62,017 nucleotides of DNA, from assembly GCA_963678065.2 (NCBI GenBank), contig CAXXVZ010000001.1:1-62017 (forward strand), given 5' to 3'. Below the pieces are notes generated by a model. The model saw only the letters and a list, made by a program, of their open reading frames with translations, ran no database searches and was not told where the DNA came from. The position numbers and the translations under genes were made by a program. Shown here in pieces: positions 19,333 to 28,763 of this stretch (position 1 is the stretch's first letter; each line of letters begins with the position of its first letter). This DNA is from Treponemataceae bacterium (GTDB taxonomy: Bacteria; Spirochaetota; Spirochaetia; Treponematales; Rectinemataceae).

Positions 19333-20067
19333 ATGAACGACAAATTCCCCAGACGTCCCGGACTCGGGCTCGCAGTCCTCTCAATCCTCGTGGCCGCACT
19401 ATCCCTGTCCTGCGCCGGAAAGGTCGACACGAGTCTTCTCCGGGAAGGAGGCGCGAAGGTCGTCCTGAAATCGGAGATTCCCCAGCCTCTGGCCCTCCGG
19501 ATCAGGGATTTCGGCCGAATCCCCGCTTCGACCCCGCTCTTCGACACGGTCACGGCCAGGACTTCCCTCGACGCGCGCCCCGGAGTGAAGGTCGAATCGA
19601 TCGAGGCACCCAGCAAGGAATCCATCAACGCCACCATCACCATCGCCGACCTGAAAAGGCTGACCTCGGAGGGCGATATCGCCGAATCGAAGCTGGCTTC
19701 CGTCACAAAGGAGAAGGGCTGGACCGAGCTTCGCATCACCCTCTCGCGGGCGAACGCGAAGAGCGTCTACCGGCTCATTCCGGGAATCGACAAACGCCTC
19801 GTCGAGGCTCTGTCGCCTCCCGCCCTCGAGGAAGACCCTGTCACTCCGGCCGAGTACCGGCTGAACCTGGAAACGGCCGTCATCGGGAAAAAAACGATGC
19901 CGAGCTTCGATCAGGCAGGCGTGGACATCTCGCTGAAAGCCCCCTCGGCCATTCTGTCCTCAGGCGGCGGCAAGGTTTCGGGCAGCACGCTGAGCCTCAG
20001 GGTCAAGCTCTTCGACCTTCTGACCCTGGAAAAACCGATCGAGTTCTGGCTGCGCTGGAAAGACTGA
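19333..20067 (+). CDS. Hypothetical lipoprotein
   Basis: Lipobox LSLSC after a hydrophobic stretch; GAGGTG RBS; directly follows the cyclase gene. Confidence 0.7.
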   Translation: MNDKFPRRPGLGLAVLSILVAALSLSCAGKVDTSLLREGGAKVVLKSEIPQPLALRIRDFGRIPASTPLFDTVTARTSLDARPGVKVESIEAPSKESINATITIADLKRLTSEGDIAESKLASVTKEKGWTELRITLSRANAKSVYRLIPGIDKRLVEALSPPALEEDPVTPAEYRLNLETAVIGKKTMPSFDQAGVDISLKAPSAILSSGGGKVSGSTLSLRVKLFDLLTLEKPIEFWLRWKD

Positions 20068-20116
20068 AAAAGCATCGGCTCCCGGCGACTGGCGTCCCCA
20101 GCACTGGCAGCCGACT

Positions 20117-20878
20117 TCAAGCCCTGGCTTCCGGCGAGGGCAGGTTCCAGGAAGGCCAGACTGCGCGCGCAGCGAGAGCTGCCCTCAGAGCCGCAAGAAT
20201 CGTCGTCCCGTCCGATCCTGAAGCCAGGGCGACATCCGTCTCCAGAAGAAAGGGCCTGCGCCCGACATGTTCGGGATAGTGGGCGTCCGAGCCCGAGATG
20301 ACGGGCAGACCGAGACAGAGCGAGACAGGCGGTTCGCGCATCGATTCTACCGCCGCATAGGGCCCTGGGGGCAGAAAGCCGAGCTGGCTCGCGACGGAGA
20401 ACATCGGCCTGTCCACGTGAGCGGGGATGACGAGGGCTCCCCGCCCGGCAGTCGCCTGGCAGAGTTCGTCGAAGCCGATGGAGAGCGCCGCGCCGAGATA
20501 GTAGTCCGGCAGATCGAGCACATTCTCGTCGACATCCACGACGACCTGGTCTCCGAGCTTTTCGGGATCGTAGGGCAGATCAGGCAGGAGGCCCCGCAGA
20601 TAGACCCCGAAGTCGAGCGCCTCGTCCTCGTTCCCAAAGATACAGAGCACGTGGACTTCCTCCACGCTGCAGGCCTCGATCCCGAAAAGCGGAATAATCC
20701 CCTCCCGCCGGCAGGCTTCACCGAAGGCGGGGCAGTTCAGCGCGGAATTGTGGTCCGTGAGGGCCAGAAGCCTGATCCCGCGCGCCCGCGCGCGAAAGGC
20801 GAGGACCGAGGGCGAAAGATCGAGGGAGCCGCAGGGGCTGAGGCAGGAGTGGTTGTGCAGGTCGGCGAGGAGTCTCAC
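20117..20878 (-). CDS. PHP-domain metallo-phosphoesterase
   Basis: DLHNHSCLSPC, ALTDHN, GIE...EEVH, IPAHVDR, SDAHYP. Confidence 0.9.
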   Translation of the reverse strand: MRLLADLHNHSCLSPCGSLDLSPSVLAFRARARGIRLLALTDHNSALNCPAFGEACRREGIIPLFGIEACSVEEVHVLCIFGNEDEALDFGVYLRGLLPDLPYDPEKLGDQVVVDVDENVLDLPDYYLGAALSIGFDELCQATAGRGALVIPAHVDRPMFSVASQLGFLPPGPYAAVESMREPPVSLCLGLPVISGSDAHYPEHVGRRPFLLETDVALASGSDGTTILAALRAALAARAVWPSWNLPSPEARA

Positions 20879-20914
20879 GTCCGGGGAATCCTGAGGTGAT
20901 CCGGAGCGTCCGTA

Positions 20915-21307
20915 TCAGGCCGAATCGCCGGCGCGGCCCGTGCCCCCGGCCGCGGCGGAAGCGGAGGCGGCGACTCCACCGCCCAGAGCCACCCAGAGGC
21001 GGCCGGAAAGTTCGAACTGGCTCTCTTCTCCCCTGAGGATGGCGATGCCCTCGGTGGCCGCCGCGTCGATCATGTCCGCGGGAACCGGCCTGCCGTTGCA
21101 GACAAGGATGGCCGCGATCCCGAGAAGGCTCGCGACGGCGACCGTATTCTTGTGCGCCTGAATGGTGATGAGGATGGTATCGCTCCGGGCGTTGGCCATG
21201 ACATCGGAGAGAAGATCCGATGTGTAGGCTCCGGCGATCTCCCGGTCCTCGTATCTCCCCTGCATGACTTCCAGCTCGAAGGATTCGGCCAACTGCTTGA
21301 TGCGCAT
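20915..21307 (-). CDS. Stand-alone DRTGG-domain protein
   Basis: GAYTSDLLSDVMANA, ILIT.QAHKNTVAVA, ..FELSGRL. Confidence 0.85.
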   Translation of the reverse strand: MRIKQLAESFELEVMQGRYEDREIAGAYTSDLLSDVMANARSDTILITIQAHKNTVAVASLLGIAAILVCNGRPVPADMIDAAATEGIAILRGEESQFELSGRLWVALGGGVAASASAAAGGTGRAGDSA

Positions 21308-21311
21308 GATG

Positions 21312-22253
21312 TCACTCCTGGTATTTTATGACGACGCGGACCGATGTGCCCCGGTCCGGAGAGGACTCGATGGAGAAGTCGTCGGAGACCCTCTTGATGT
21401 TGGGAAGCCCCATGCCCGCTCCGAAACCGAGGGACCTGATCCACTCCGTCGCCGTGGAGAAACCCTCGCGCATCGCGGCGTCCAGGTCGGGAATACCCGG
21501 CCCCTGATCGATGGCGTGGATCTCTATCCGCCCGTCGCCGGCCGCCAGGCTCAGGACCCCGCCCGTCGAATGGATGACTTGATTGAGTTCCAGTTCGTAG
21601 CTGGCCACGGCGACGCGGCGGACGAGGGCAGGATCGAGGCCGAGCTCCTTGAGCGCTTTCTTGAACGCGGAACTGGCGGTTCCGGCGTGCTCGAAATCGA
21701 GGCGGGTCACGGGGAAAGAGAGGCGGATGCTCTTCTGCCCTTCCTTTTCCGCAGATACGGGAGGGGCCTCGGACTCGAGTCTGGCCGCGAGTTTTTCCTC
21801 GAGCCTGGCGACTTCCTTGTTGAGGGCGACGAGGAGGCAGCGCACGATGTCGGCCGCGGTGACTATTCCGCAGAGGATTCCGTTCCTGTCCATGACGGGG
21901 AAGCGGCCGAATTTGTAGCGGTCGAAGTAGGTGATGGCGAAGGAGAGCGGCATGTCATCCTCGAGGGAGATGATCGTCCGCGTCATGCGCGCGGAGGCTG
22001 GATCCCCGATGTGGCCCGCGTCGAGGGCCTGGATGATGTCGCCCACCGAGACGAGGCCGACGAGCCTCGCTCCGTCCACGATGGGGAGCCCCGAAATGCT
22101 GTTGTCCCGCATCCGGTACTGGATCGTGCGGAGACTGTCTGCGGGGGTGGCGGTCACGACCCGGGTGCTCATGGCGTCGCGCACCTTGAGGCTGTAGATC
22201 AGTTCGACGATGACCTGCGGTCCCGAATCCGGACTTATGGGCAAAGATGACAT
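21312..22253 (-). CDS. CBS-pair fused to RsbT/SpoIIAB-like GHKL serine kinase
   Basis: Two CBS repeats (ISGLPIVD, FGRFPVMD); ELELNQVIH, DQGPGI, GFGAGMGLPNIKR. Confidence 0.88.
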   Translation of the reverse strand: MSSLPISPDSGPQVIVELIYSLKVRDAMSTRVVTATPADSLRTIQYRMRDNSISGLPIVDGARLVGLVSVGDIIQALDAGHIGDPASARMTRTIISLEDDMPLSFAITYFDRYKFGRFPVMDRNGILCGIVTAADIVRCLLVALNKEVARLEEKLAARLESEAPPVSAEKEGQKSIRLSFPVTRLDFEHAGTASSAFKKALKELGLDPALVRRVAVASYELELNQVIHSTGGVLSLAAGDGRIEIHAIDQGPGIPDLDAAMREGFSTATEWIRSLGFGAGMGLPNIKRVSDDFSIESSPDRGTSVRVVIKYQE

Positions 22254-22352
22254 GACTTCAGATTATGAACCAGGAAGACAAGAAACGGAAGGAAAAATTG
22301 CATGATTTAGGATATAATTGTGGTCGACGAATTTTCTATCCCAGGAGCCTTC

Positions 22353-23162
22353 ATGATCGAACTTTCGGGATTGTCCAAAACCTACGCGCGTGGTTCTAAA
22401 AAAGCGGTGGATGATCTCTCGCTCCGCATTGCGGACGGCGAGATATTCGGTTTTCTCGGTCCGAACGGGGCCGGCAAGACGACTACCATCAAGATGATGA
22501 CGGGAGCCCTCCTTCCCGACAGCGGAAGAGTGAGTATCGACGGCATCGATCTCGCCTCCGACCAGCTCGCCGCCAAGATCCGTTTCGGCTATGTCGGGGA
22601 CAATCCCGAACTCTTCAACCGCCTCCGGGCGCGCGAGTACCTCAACTTCCTCGCCGATATCTACCATGTGCCCGACGGCCTTCGCGCACAGAGGATCGGC
22701 GAGTACGCAGTCAGATTCGGGATAGCCGATGTCCTCTCCTCCTCCATCGGAGGCTTCAGCCGGGGCATGAAACAGAAGCTCTGCATCATGGCGAGCCTCC
22801 TCCACGATCCGGGCAACTGGATCCTCGACGAACCCCTCGTAGGCCTCGATCCCCAGGCCGCCTTTGACCTGAAGGAGACGATGCGCGACAGGGCGCGCGC
22901 GGGCGGCTGCGTCTTCTTCTCGACCCACGTGATGGAGGTCGCCGAGAGGCTCTGCGACCGGATCGCGATCATCGACAGAGGGCGGATCGTCTTCACGGGG
23001 ACGATTGAAGAATTGCGTTCGCTCCGCGAGTCGAGCGCGGGAACAGGCGCTCACCGCGACCAGGATGGCCTCGGAAAGCAGGACAGTCTCCGCGGGGACG
23101 ACAGCCTCGAGAGCCTCTTTCTGGACCTCGTCGATCCGGCGAACAGGGAGAGCGCTCCGTGA
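22353..23162 (+). CDS. ABC-2 type exporter ATP-binding protein
   Basis: GPNGAGKTT, FSRGMKQK, ILDEPLVGLDP, STH. Confidence 0.92.
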   Translation: MIELSGLSKTYARGSKKAVDDLSLRIADGEIFGFLGPNGAGKTTTIKMMTGALLPDSGRVSIDGIDLASDQLAAKIRFGYVGDNPELFNRLRAREYLNFLADIYHVPDGLRAQRIGEYAVRFGIADVLSSSIGGFSRGMKQKLCIMASLLHDPGNWILDEPLVGLDPQAAFDLKETMRDRARAGGCVFFSTHVMEVAERLCDRIAIIDRGRIVFTGTIEELRSLRESSAGTGAHRDQDGLGKQDSLRGDDSLESLFLDLVDPANRESAP

Positions 23163-24832
23163 CCGCGACATTCCCGAGCCTCTGCTCGCTCTACCTCAAG
23201 TCCACTTTTGGATTCTCCCTCCCGCAGCGAGCTGCCCCGATGACACGGAAGGCCATTCTCAAACTCGCCGGAGGTATCTTTCTCGCCATCCTCGTGGCTG
23301 CCGATGTCGGAACTCTCTTCGTCGTATACAACCTCAAACTCTACGACGCGCTGAAACCGGCAGGCCTCGAAGAGATGCTCCTCCTCAACGCCGCGACCAA
23401 CGCTTCGCTCATCCTCTTCGCCTTCGGCTTCATCACCGCCCTCTCGACCTACAGCCTCTCCGCGATGGAGCAGAGCCTCGTGACCCTTCCGATCCGGCCG
23501 AGGGAATTGCTCGGGGCGAAGTTCGCCGTCACGTACTTCTCGGAGTTCCTGTTCGCGGCCTTCTTCATCGGAATCGCGATGGCGGTCTTCGCCATCAGGG
23601 AAAGCCCGCCATTCATGTTCTATCTGGACGGGATACTGACCATCGCCGCCCTTCCGCTCCTTCCTATCGCCCTCGTCTACGCCATCCTCGTCCCCCTCCT
23701 CGGCGCGGTGCGGTTCTTCAGGAACAAGAACACCCTCATCGTCCTCGCGGGCTTTTTCGGCATGATCCTCGCCCTCGGCATGAACATCGGCGTCCAGTCC
23801 ATCATGATGAAACTAGGCGATCCTGCCTGGCTGAGGGAACATTTCACGGGACCCGCCTCCCTCATGTCGACCGTCGCCGCGGTCTGGCCACCGGCGCGCC
23901 TTGCCTGGCGATCTCTCGCCGCCTCCGGAAGCCTCGAAGGCATCGTTTCGTCTCTCGCGAACCTGGCCGGAGGTCTGGCCATCGCGGTGGCGGCGAGCTG
24001 GCTCCTGGGGCCTTCCTATGCCAGGAATCTCTCCGCCTTCGGCGAAAGCCACCTGAAAAGGAACGCGGCGGGGCGGGAATACTTCGGATCGACCTTCCGT
24101 TCCGGATCGGTGGATGTAGCCCTCTTCCTGCGGGAGTGGAGGCTCATGAACAGGGAGCCGATATATTTCCTGAACGGCCCCTTCGTCGTTCTCCTCATGC
24201 CACTCATCTTCGTAGTCATGTACATAGCGCAGAAATCCGCCCTGGCCGAACTCAGCTCCAAGCTCGGAGATTTCGCCTCGGGGCCAAAGGCCTTCCTGGC
24301 GGCTGCCGCCTTCGGAGGCTTCCTCGGCACGAGCACGAGCATTTCCTGCACGGCGCTCTCGCGCGACGCGAAAGCTCTTTCCTGGATCAGGACGCTGCCT
24401 CTGGAACCCGCCCGCTACATGCTCGGCAAGCTGACCCATGCGCTGTCATTCTCCCTCATCGGGGCGGCCTTCGGAAGCCTGGGCGGAGGACTGGTCCTGG
24501 GTCTGAAGGCCTTCGATATCGCGCTCGCCTTCCTGACTGCCCTCGCCTTCTCGTCATGCATGAATCTCGCCGGGCTCTGGCTCGACACGGCCTTCCCGAA
24601 GCTCACCTGGGACAACCCCGTGGTCGCCCTCAAACAGAACATGAACGCCGTCATCATGATTCTGGGTTCCATGGGGAGTCTGGCTCTGCTGGGCGTGGCG
24701 ACCCTGTGGCTCCCTCTCGGGAAGGGAGGACTCGCCCTGCTCTTCGCGGGAGGCTTCGGCATCGCCTTTATCGTCGGACTGCGTCTCTATCCCGCTTTCG
24801 CGGAACGGCGCATCGGACGGCTCGAGGTTTAA
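23159..24832 (+). CDS. ABC-2 type permease (about 12-14 TM)
   Basis: Polytopic; LPIRP..LLGAKF, ALSRDAK..WIRTLP, PKLTWDNP..ALKQN; GTGA overlap. Confidence 0.85.
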   Translation: MTATFPSLCSLYLKSTFGFSLPQRAAPMTRKAILKLAGGIFLAILVAADVGTLFVVYNLKLYDALKPAGLEEMLLLNAATNASLILFAFGFITALSTYSLSAMEQSLVTLPIRPRELLGAKFAVTYFSEFLFAAFFIGIAMAVFAIRESPPFMFYLDGILTIAALPLLPIALVYAILVPLLGAVRFFRNKNTLIVLAGFFGMILALGMNIGVQSIMMKLGDPAWLREHFTGPASLMSTVAAVWPPARLAWRSLAASGSLEGIVSSLANLAGGLAIAVAASWLLGPSYARNLSAFGESHLKRNAAGREYFGSTFRSGSVDVALFLREWRLMNREPIYFLNGPFVVLLMPLIFVVMYIAQKSALAELSSKLGDFASGPKAFLAAAAFGGFLGTSTSISCTALSRDAKALSWIRTLPLEPARYMLGKLTHALSFSLIGAAFGSLGGGLVLGLKAFDIALAFLTALAFSSCMNLAGLWLDTAFPKLTWDNPVVALKQNMNAVIMILGSMGSLALLGVATLWLPLGKGGLALLFAGGFGIAFIVGLRLYPAFAERRIGRLEV

Positions 24833-24914
24833 GACAGGCCCTGTGGCCCTGCGCCGCCGTCCTGCGCCGGCCCGATGCCTGAAACCGGCCGCTGCAGGGC
24901 CGTGAAGCGGTGAT

Positions 24915-25343
24915 TCAGGGAACGCGGTACTCCTGCCAGACGACCCGGCCTTCCTCGATAGCGGCCTTGAGGCTCCGCTCCACCTTGCTCAAGGATGCCT
25001 TGCCCGACTTCACTTCGACGAAGGCGACCTCGTCGATCCGGCCTTCGGAGGAGCCGACGAAGGCGATGAAATCGACCGGTTTTCCGATGAATCGGACCTC
25101 GCTCGGGTCGAAGGGGAAGTCCGGCAGCCAGGGAGAGAGCTGCTCGGCCATCTGTCCGCCCAGAACCGCGCGCGAGCGTCTGATCGCGTCGCCGCGCTCT
25201 TCCTCGAGGAGCTGTGGAAGTTCGCGCTCCGCCTCGAGCCTCGCCGTGCGCCGGCCAAGGCCGAGTCCGGCAAACAGGCCGGCGAGGAAAAGAAGGACGA
25301 GGACAGCGAGCGCGAGAATCAGGTACGTGACAGGTATGCTCAT
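24915..25343 (-). CDS. Membrane-anchored PD-(D/E)XK nuclease, Holliday junction resolvase-like (Endonuc_Holl)
   Basis: N-terminal TM; RSRAVLGGQMAEQLSP, FIGKPVDFIAF, FVEVKSG. Confidence 0.85.
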   Translation of the reverse strand: MSIPVTYLILALAVLVLLFLAGLFAGLGLGRRTARLEAERELPQLLEEERGDAIRRSRAVLGGQMAEQLSPWLPDFPFDPSEVRFIGKPVDFIAFVGSSEGRIDEVAFVEVKSGKASLSKVERSLKAAIEEGRVVWQEYRVP

Positions 25344-25355
25344 GAACTCTCCGTC

Positions 25356-26933
25356 TCATCGTTCCGGGGATTGCCGGATCGCCGGAACGGAGGTAGCTGG
25401 CGTTCTGCCGCTATCCGGCATGGCTGCTTCCGCCCTGTCGATGTCCATGATGGCGAAGAGCAGCGCCTCCACTGCGGCCTTGGTGTGCGAGTCGGAAGCC
25501 AGCTCCAGAAGCCTGAGTTCCGCGCCGCCTGAGGGTCTCCGGGCGGAAAACCAGCGCATTGCCTCGGCCGAATTCTCGAAACGGACGAGCCCGTCCTTTC
25601 TGGAGGCCGCGAGGGTGAGGGGAAGGGCGGGATCGGGAGTCCAGCGGTCCATGCGAGCCTCTTCGAGAACCTGGAAGAGTGGATCCGAGGTATAGTCCCG
25701 GCGGAGGCCCTCGATGAAATCCGTTTCGAGGATGTCGGAAGCCACGAGCTCCCGGACTGGCTTTTTCCGCATGGTCGCGATCATCTTGCTGATATCCTCG
25801 GCGCTTTTGTCGGTTCCCAGAAGCGGAATGATCGATTCCCGGATGTCGGCGCGGAGGATCCGGTGCAGGTCGACGCGGTCCGGGTGTGCCCGGGCGAATC
25901 CTGCGAGGAGAAACAGCGTGTAGGTCGGGTTGGTCAGGCGGCTTCCGGCGGCCATCTCGCCACGGAAGCCACGGGCTATATCGAGGGGAGCTCCCATGGA
26001 ATAGACGCCGGCGAGGCCGAGTCCTGCGGGCAGTGCGGCTCCTCCCGTTTCGCGCCACCCTGATCCCTCGGTGACGGCGCGCGCGACTGACATGGCCGCA
26101 AGTCCTCCTTCGGAGTAGCCCATGACGTAGAGCCGGCCCGATTCCCCTGCCGCCCGCGCGCCGCCCGCGACAGCAGCTCTGCCGACGCCCTCATTCTCGC
26201 CGACGCTTCCATTCCCGCCAGCTGCACCTGCAGAGCTGGCGAGAAATGTCCGCGCCGCCGCAAGGCCGTCGAGCGAGGAGCGGGCGAGACTTCCCGGGTC
26301 GCAGTATGTCTGGATTCCCGGCGCCAGGCCCATTCCCGGGTAATCGGGCATCCAGACTGCGTAGCCCAGCGAGGCGATCATGGCGCCTATCCTGCTCTCG
26401 GCGCCGGCATGGCGGGAAGGCACGTTGAGGCGCTTGAGCTCCGTGCCTTTCGTGTAGACTATCCAGGTGAGGGGGCGGTCGGCGCTCCGGTGATCCGCCG
26501 GCAGATACAGCATCCCGGACTGGGTCTCGGGTTCGCCCCTCACTCCTTCCGAGCGGTACGTGATCGCGGTCGCCTCGACGTCGGCCATCCGGTCGAGGAT
26601 TTCCGAGTGCCAGGACTCATATCCATGGCGCGCGAGAAAATCGGTATCGATTCCCAGGCCGAGAAGAGGGAGGCTGAAGAGTCTCATCCACCCGGAGACT
26701 GACCTTCCCTGGATCATGAGCACTGAGCCGACACCGACGAGGCTTCCTGAGCCGCCGAAGTTTCCGGCGACGAGACTCCCTTGATCCAGACCGGTCACCG
26801 AATCCTTGCCCGTCCGCTCAGACGGGCTCCGGACGGGGTCCTGCTGCGCGGGTGCAACCGCGCAGACAAGGGTCGCGAAAACAAAGAGGAAGGCTGGAAA
26901 AAGTGTCGATGCCGGGACTGGTTTCAGGTTCAT
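25356..26933 (-). CDS. Secreted alpha/beta hydrolase (secretory lipase-like)
   Basis: Signal peptide; PDYPGMG, GYSEGG nucleophile elbow, DGLV, SDSH. Confidence 0.8.
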   Translation of the reverse strand: MNLKPVPASTLFPAFLFVFATLVCAVAPAQQDPVRSPSERTGKDSVTGLDQGSLVAGNFGGSGSLVGVGSVLMIQGRSVSGWMRLFSLPLLGLGIDTDFLARHGYESWHSEILDRMADVEATAITYRSEGVRGEPETQSGMLYLPADHRSADRPLTWIVYTKGTELKRLNVPSRHAGAESRIGAMIASLGYAVWMPDYPGMGLAPGIQTYCDPGSLARSSLDGLAAARTFLASSAGAAGGNGSVGENEGVGRAAVAGGARAAGESGRLYVMGYSEGGLAAMSVARAVTEGSGWRETGGAALPAGLGLAGVYSMGAPLDIARGFRGEMAAGSRLTNPTYTLFLLAGFARAHPDRVDLHRILRADIRESIIPLLGTDKSAEDISKMIATMRKKPVRELVASDILETDFIEGLRRDYTSDPLFQVLEEARMDRWTPDPALPLTLAASRKDGLVRFENSAEAMRWFSARRPSGGAELRLLELASDSHTKAAVEALLFAIMDIDRAEAAMPDSGRTPATSVPAIRQSPER

Positions 26934-27084
26934 GGCCGCCTCGTAGGTTTCAAGGTATCGCGCCTGTCCGGTCCCGACAACGGCGCCTGACTGAATGTCT
27001 TGCCATGAGCATTGGTTGTTGATGAAGGGGCCCGCCAGGTATATTCTGCTAGGATTCGGGGGCAGGCCGCCGGGGGAGGAAAGC

Positions 27085-28242
27085 ATGACGGGAAGGGAAA
27101 GGATTCTGTGCACGCTCGAGGGAGAGGAACCCGACCGCGTGCCGCTCGTGATCGGTACGACGAACGCCACCGGAATCAAAGCCCAAGCCTGCCGCAGGCT
27201 CAAGGAAAAACTGGGGATCAGCTCTCCTGACCGCTGGCTCTACGACTGGCCCGAACTCGGCACGGCGAAGCCGGACGAAGCCCTCCTCGAGAGACTGGGA
27301 GCCGATCTGCGCTCCGTGCTCGACCTGCCTCCCGAAGCCACCCGCACCCGCAACGCTTCCCGCCCCGCCCACTCGGACTACATCGACGACTGGGGGACGG
27401 GCAACAGCGAGATCGAACCGGGAGTCTGGTACCCCGGCATCCACCCTATGCGCGAAGCCTGCACTCCCGGCGACATCGAGTCCTACTCCTGGCCCGACAT
27501 GGACGATCCAAGCCGCGTCGCCCACGTCGCCGCACAGGCGGCTGCCCTCGCCGCCGACGGCAGCTACGCCGTCATGGGCTGCCCCTGGCTTCTCTTTCCC
27601 TTCGAGCGGGCCCACGCCATGCAGGGCATGGACCGCTTCCTCGAGAACATGATCGTCGAGCCCGAGTTCGCCTCGGCACTCCTGTGGAAGATCGAATCCC
27701 TCTGCGAGACCCTCATGGGCCACTTTCTCGACGCGGCCGGCCCCACCCTCGACATCATCAAGATAGGCGACGATCTCGGCACCCAGGAAAGTCTCATGAT
27801 ATCGCCCGACATGTACCGCAGGATACTGAAACCCGTCCACGCGGCCTTCATCTCTTTCATCAAGTCGAGGACGAAGGCGAAGGTGTTCTTCCACTCGGAC
27901 GGCGATATCTTCGACCTGATACCGGATTTCATCGAAATCGGCGTCGACATACTGAATCCGATCCAGTCTGGAGCGGGGAGAATGTCCGACCTCGCGTCCC
28001 TCAAGCGCATGTACGGCCGCGACCTCGTCCTCTGCGGCGCCATAGACACCCAGCGCATCCTTCCCTGCGGAAGCCCCGACGAAGTGCGGGCGGAGGTCGC
28101 GCGGGTCATAGGCACACTCGGAAAAGGCGGCGGTTACATGGTGAGCGCCGTACACACCGTCATGAACGAGGTTCCGCCGGAGAATATTCTCGCCATGGCC
28201 GACGCCGTACGCGAATACGGACAGTATCCTCTCCGGGGATGA
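27085..28242 (+). CDS. Uroporphyrinogen decarboxylase/MtaA-CmuA superfamily protein
   Basis: MTGRERI...EPDRVP, DDLGTQ...ISP, FHSDG, GVDILNPIQ, GAIDTQ..LP.G.P.EV, VPPENI. Confidence 0.88.
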   Translation: MTGRERILCTLEGEEPDRVPLVIGTTNATGIKAQACRRLKEKLGISSPDRWLYDWPELGTAKPDEALLERLGADLRSVLDLPPEATRTRNASRPAHSDYIDDWGTGNSEIEPGVWYPGIHPMREACTPGDIESYSWPDMDDPSRVAHVAAQAAALAADGSYAVMGCPWLLFPFERAHAMQGMDRFLENMIVEPEFASALLWKIESLCETLMGHFLDAAGPTLDIIKIGDDLGTQESLMISPDMYRRILKPVHAAFISFIKSRTKAKVFFHSDGDIFDLIPDFIEIGVDILNPIQSGAGRMSDLASLKRMYGRDLVLCGAIDTQRILPCGSPDEVRAEVARVIGTLGKGGGYMVSAVHTVMNEVPPENILAMADAVREYGQYPLRG

Positions 28243-28311
28243 TGGTCGGACTATTCCGGCAGACCGCGGCGAACAGACCGCGGTGGCGGACACACTCACA
28301 AGGAGGATCGC

Positions 28312-28761
28312 ATGGACCACAGGGGAAAAGCGGAGGCGCTGTTCGCGTCGGGATCATCCTGCGCGCAGGCTGTCTTCGCTGCCTTCGCGCCGGACTTCGG
28401 CATCGACGAAGGCAGCGCGCACAGGATAGCGGCCGGACTGGGGGGAGGCTTCGGACGCAAGCAGTATCTCTGCGGCGCAGTTTCCGGGGCTGCCCTCGTC
28501 CTGGGGCTCGCCTTCGGGAACTCCGAAGGCGCTGACGGCGCAGCGAAGGAGGCGACCTACGCCCGGGTTCACGCCTTCATTTCGGAGATTGAGGCGGAAA
28601 GAGGCGCCTCGGACTGCAGGACTCTGCTGGAGGGAAACGACACCGCCACGCCGGCGGGGAGGGAGGCGGTGAAGCAGGCGGGCCTTTCGGCGAAGGTATG
28701 CCGTCCCCTCGTCGCGCATGTGGCCGAAAAGCTGGATTCGATCCTCGGGGCAAGGCTCTGA
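28312..28761 (+). CDS. C_GCAxxG_C_C family putative redox protein
   Basis: SCAQAV, GGGFG...CGAVSG, DCRTLL, C. Confidence 0.88.
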   Translation: MDHRGKAEALFASGSSCAQAVFAAFAPDFGIDEGSAHRIAAGLGGGFGRKQYLCGAVSGAALVLGLAFGNSEGADGAAKEATYARVHAFISEIEAERGASDCRTLLEGNDTATPAGREAVKQAGLSAKVCRPLVAHVAEKLDSILGARL

Positions 28762-28763
28762 TC

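Noticed and set aside
17970..20067. Cyclase plus neighbour as a Pycsar/CBASS defence system
   Set aside because: Cyclase is membrane-bound with host-like composition; neighbour is a lipoprotein, not a cNMP-binding TM/TIR effector; no defence-island context
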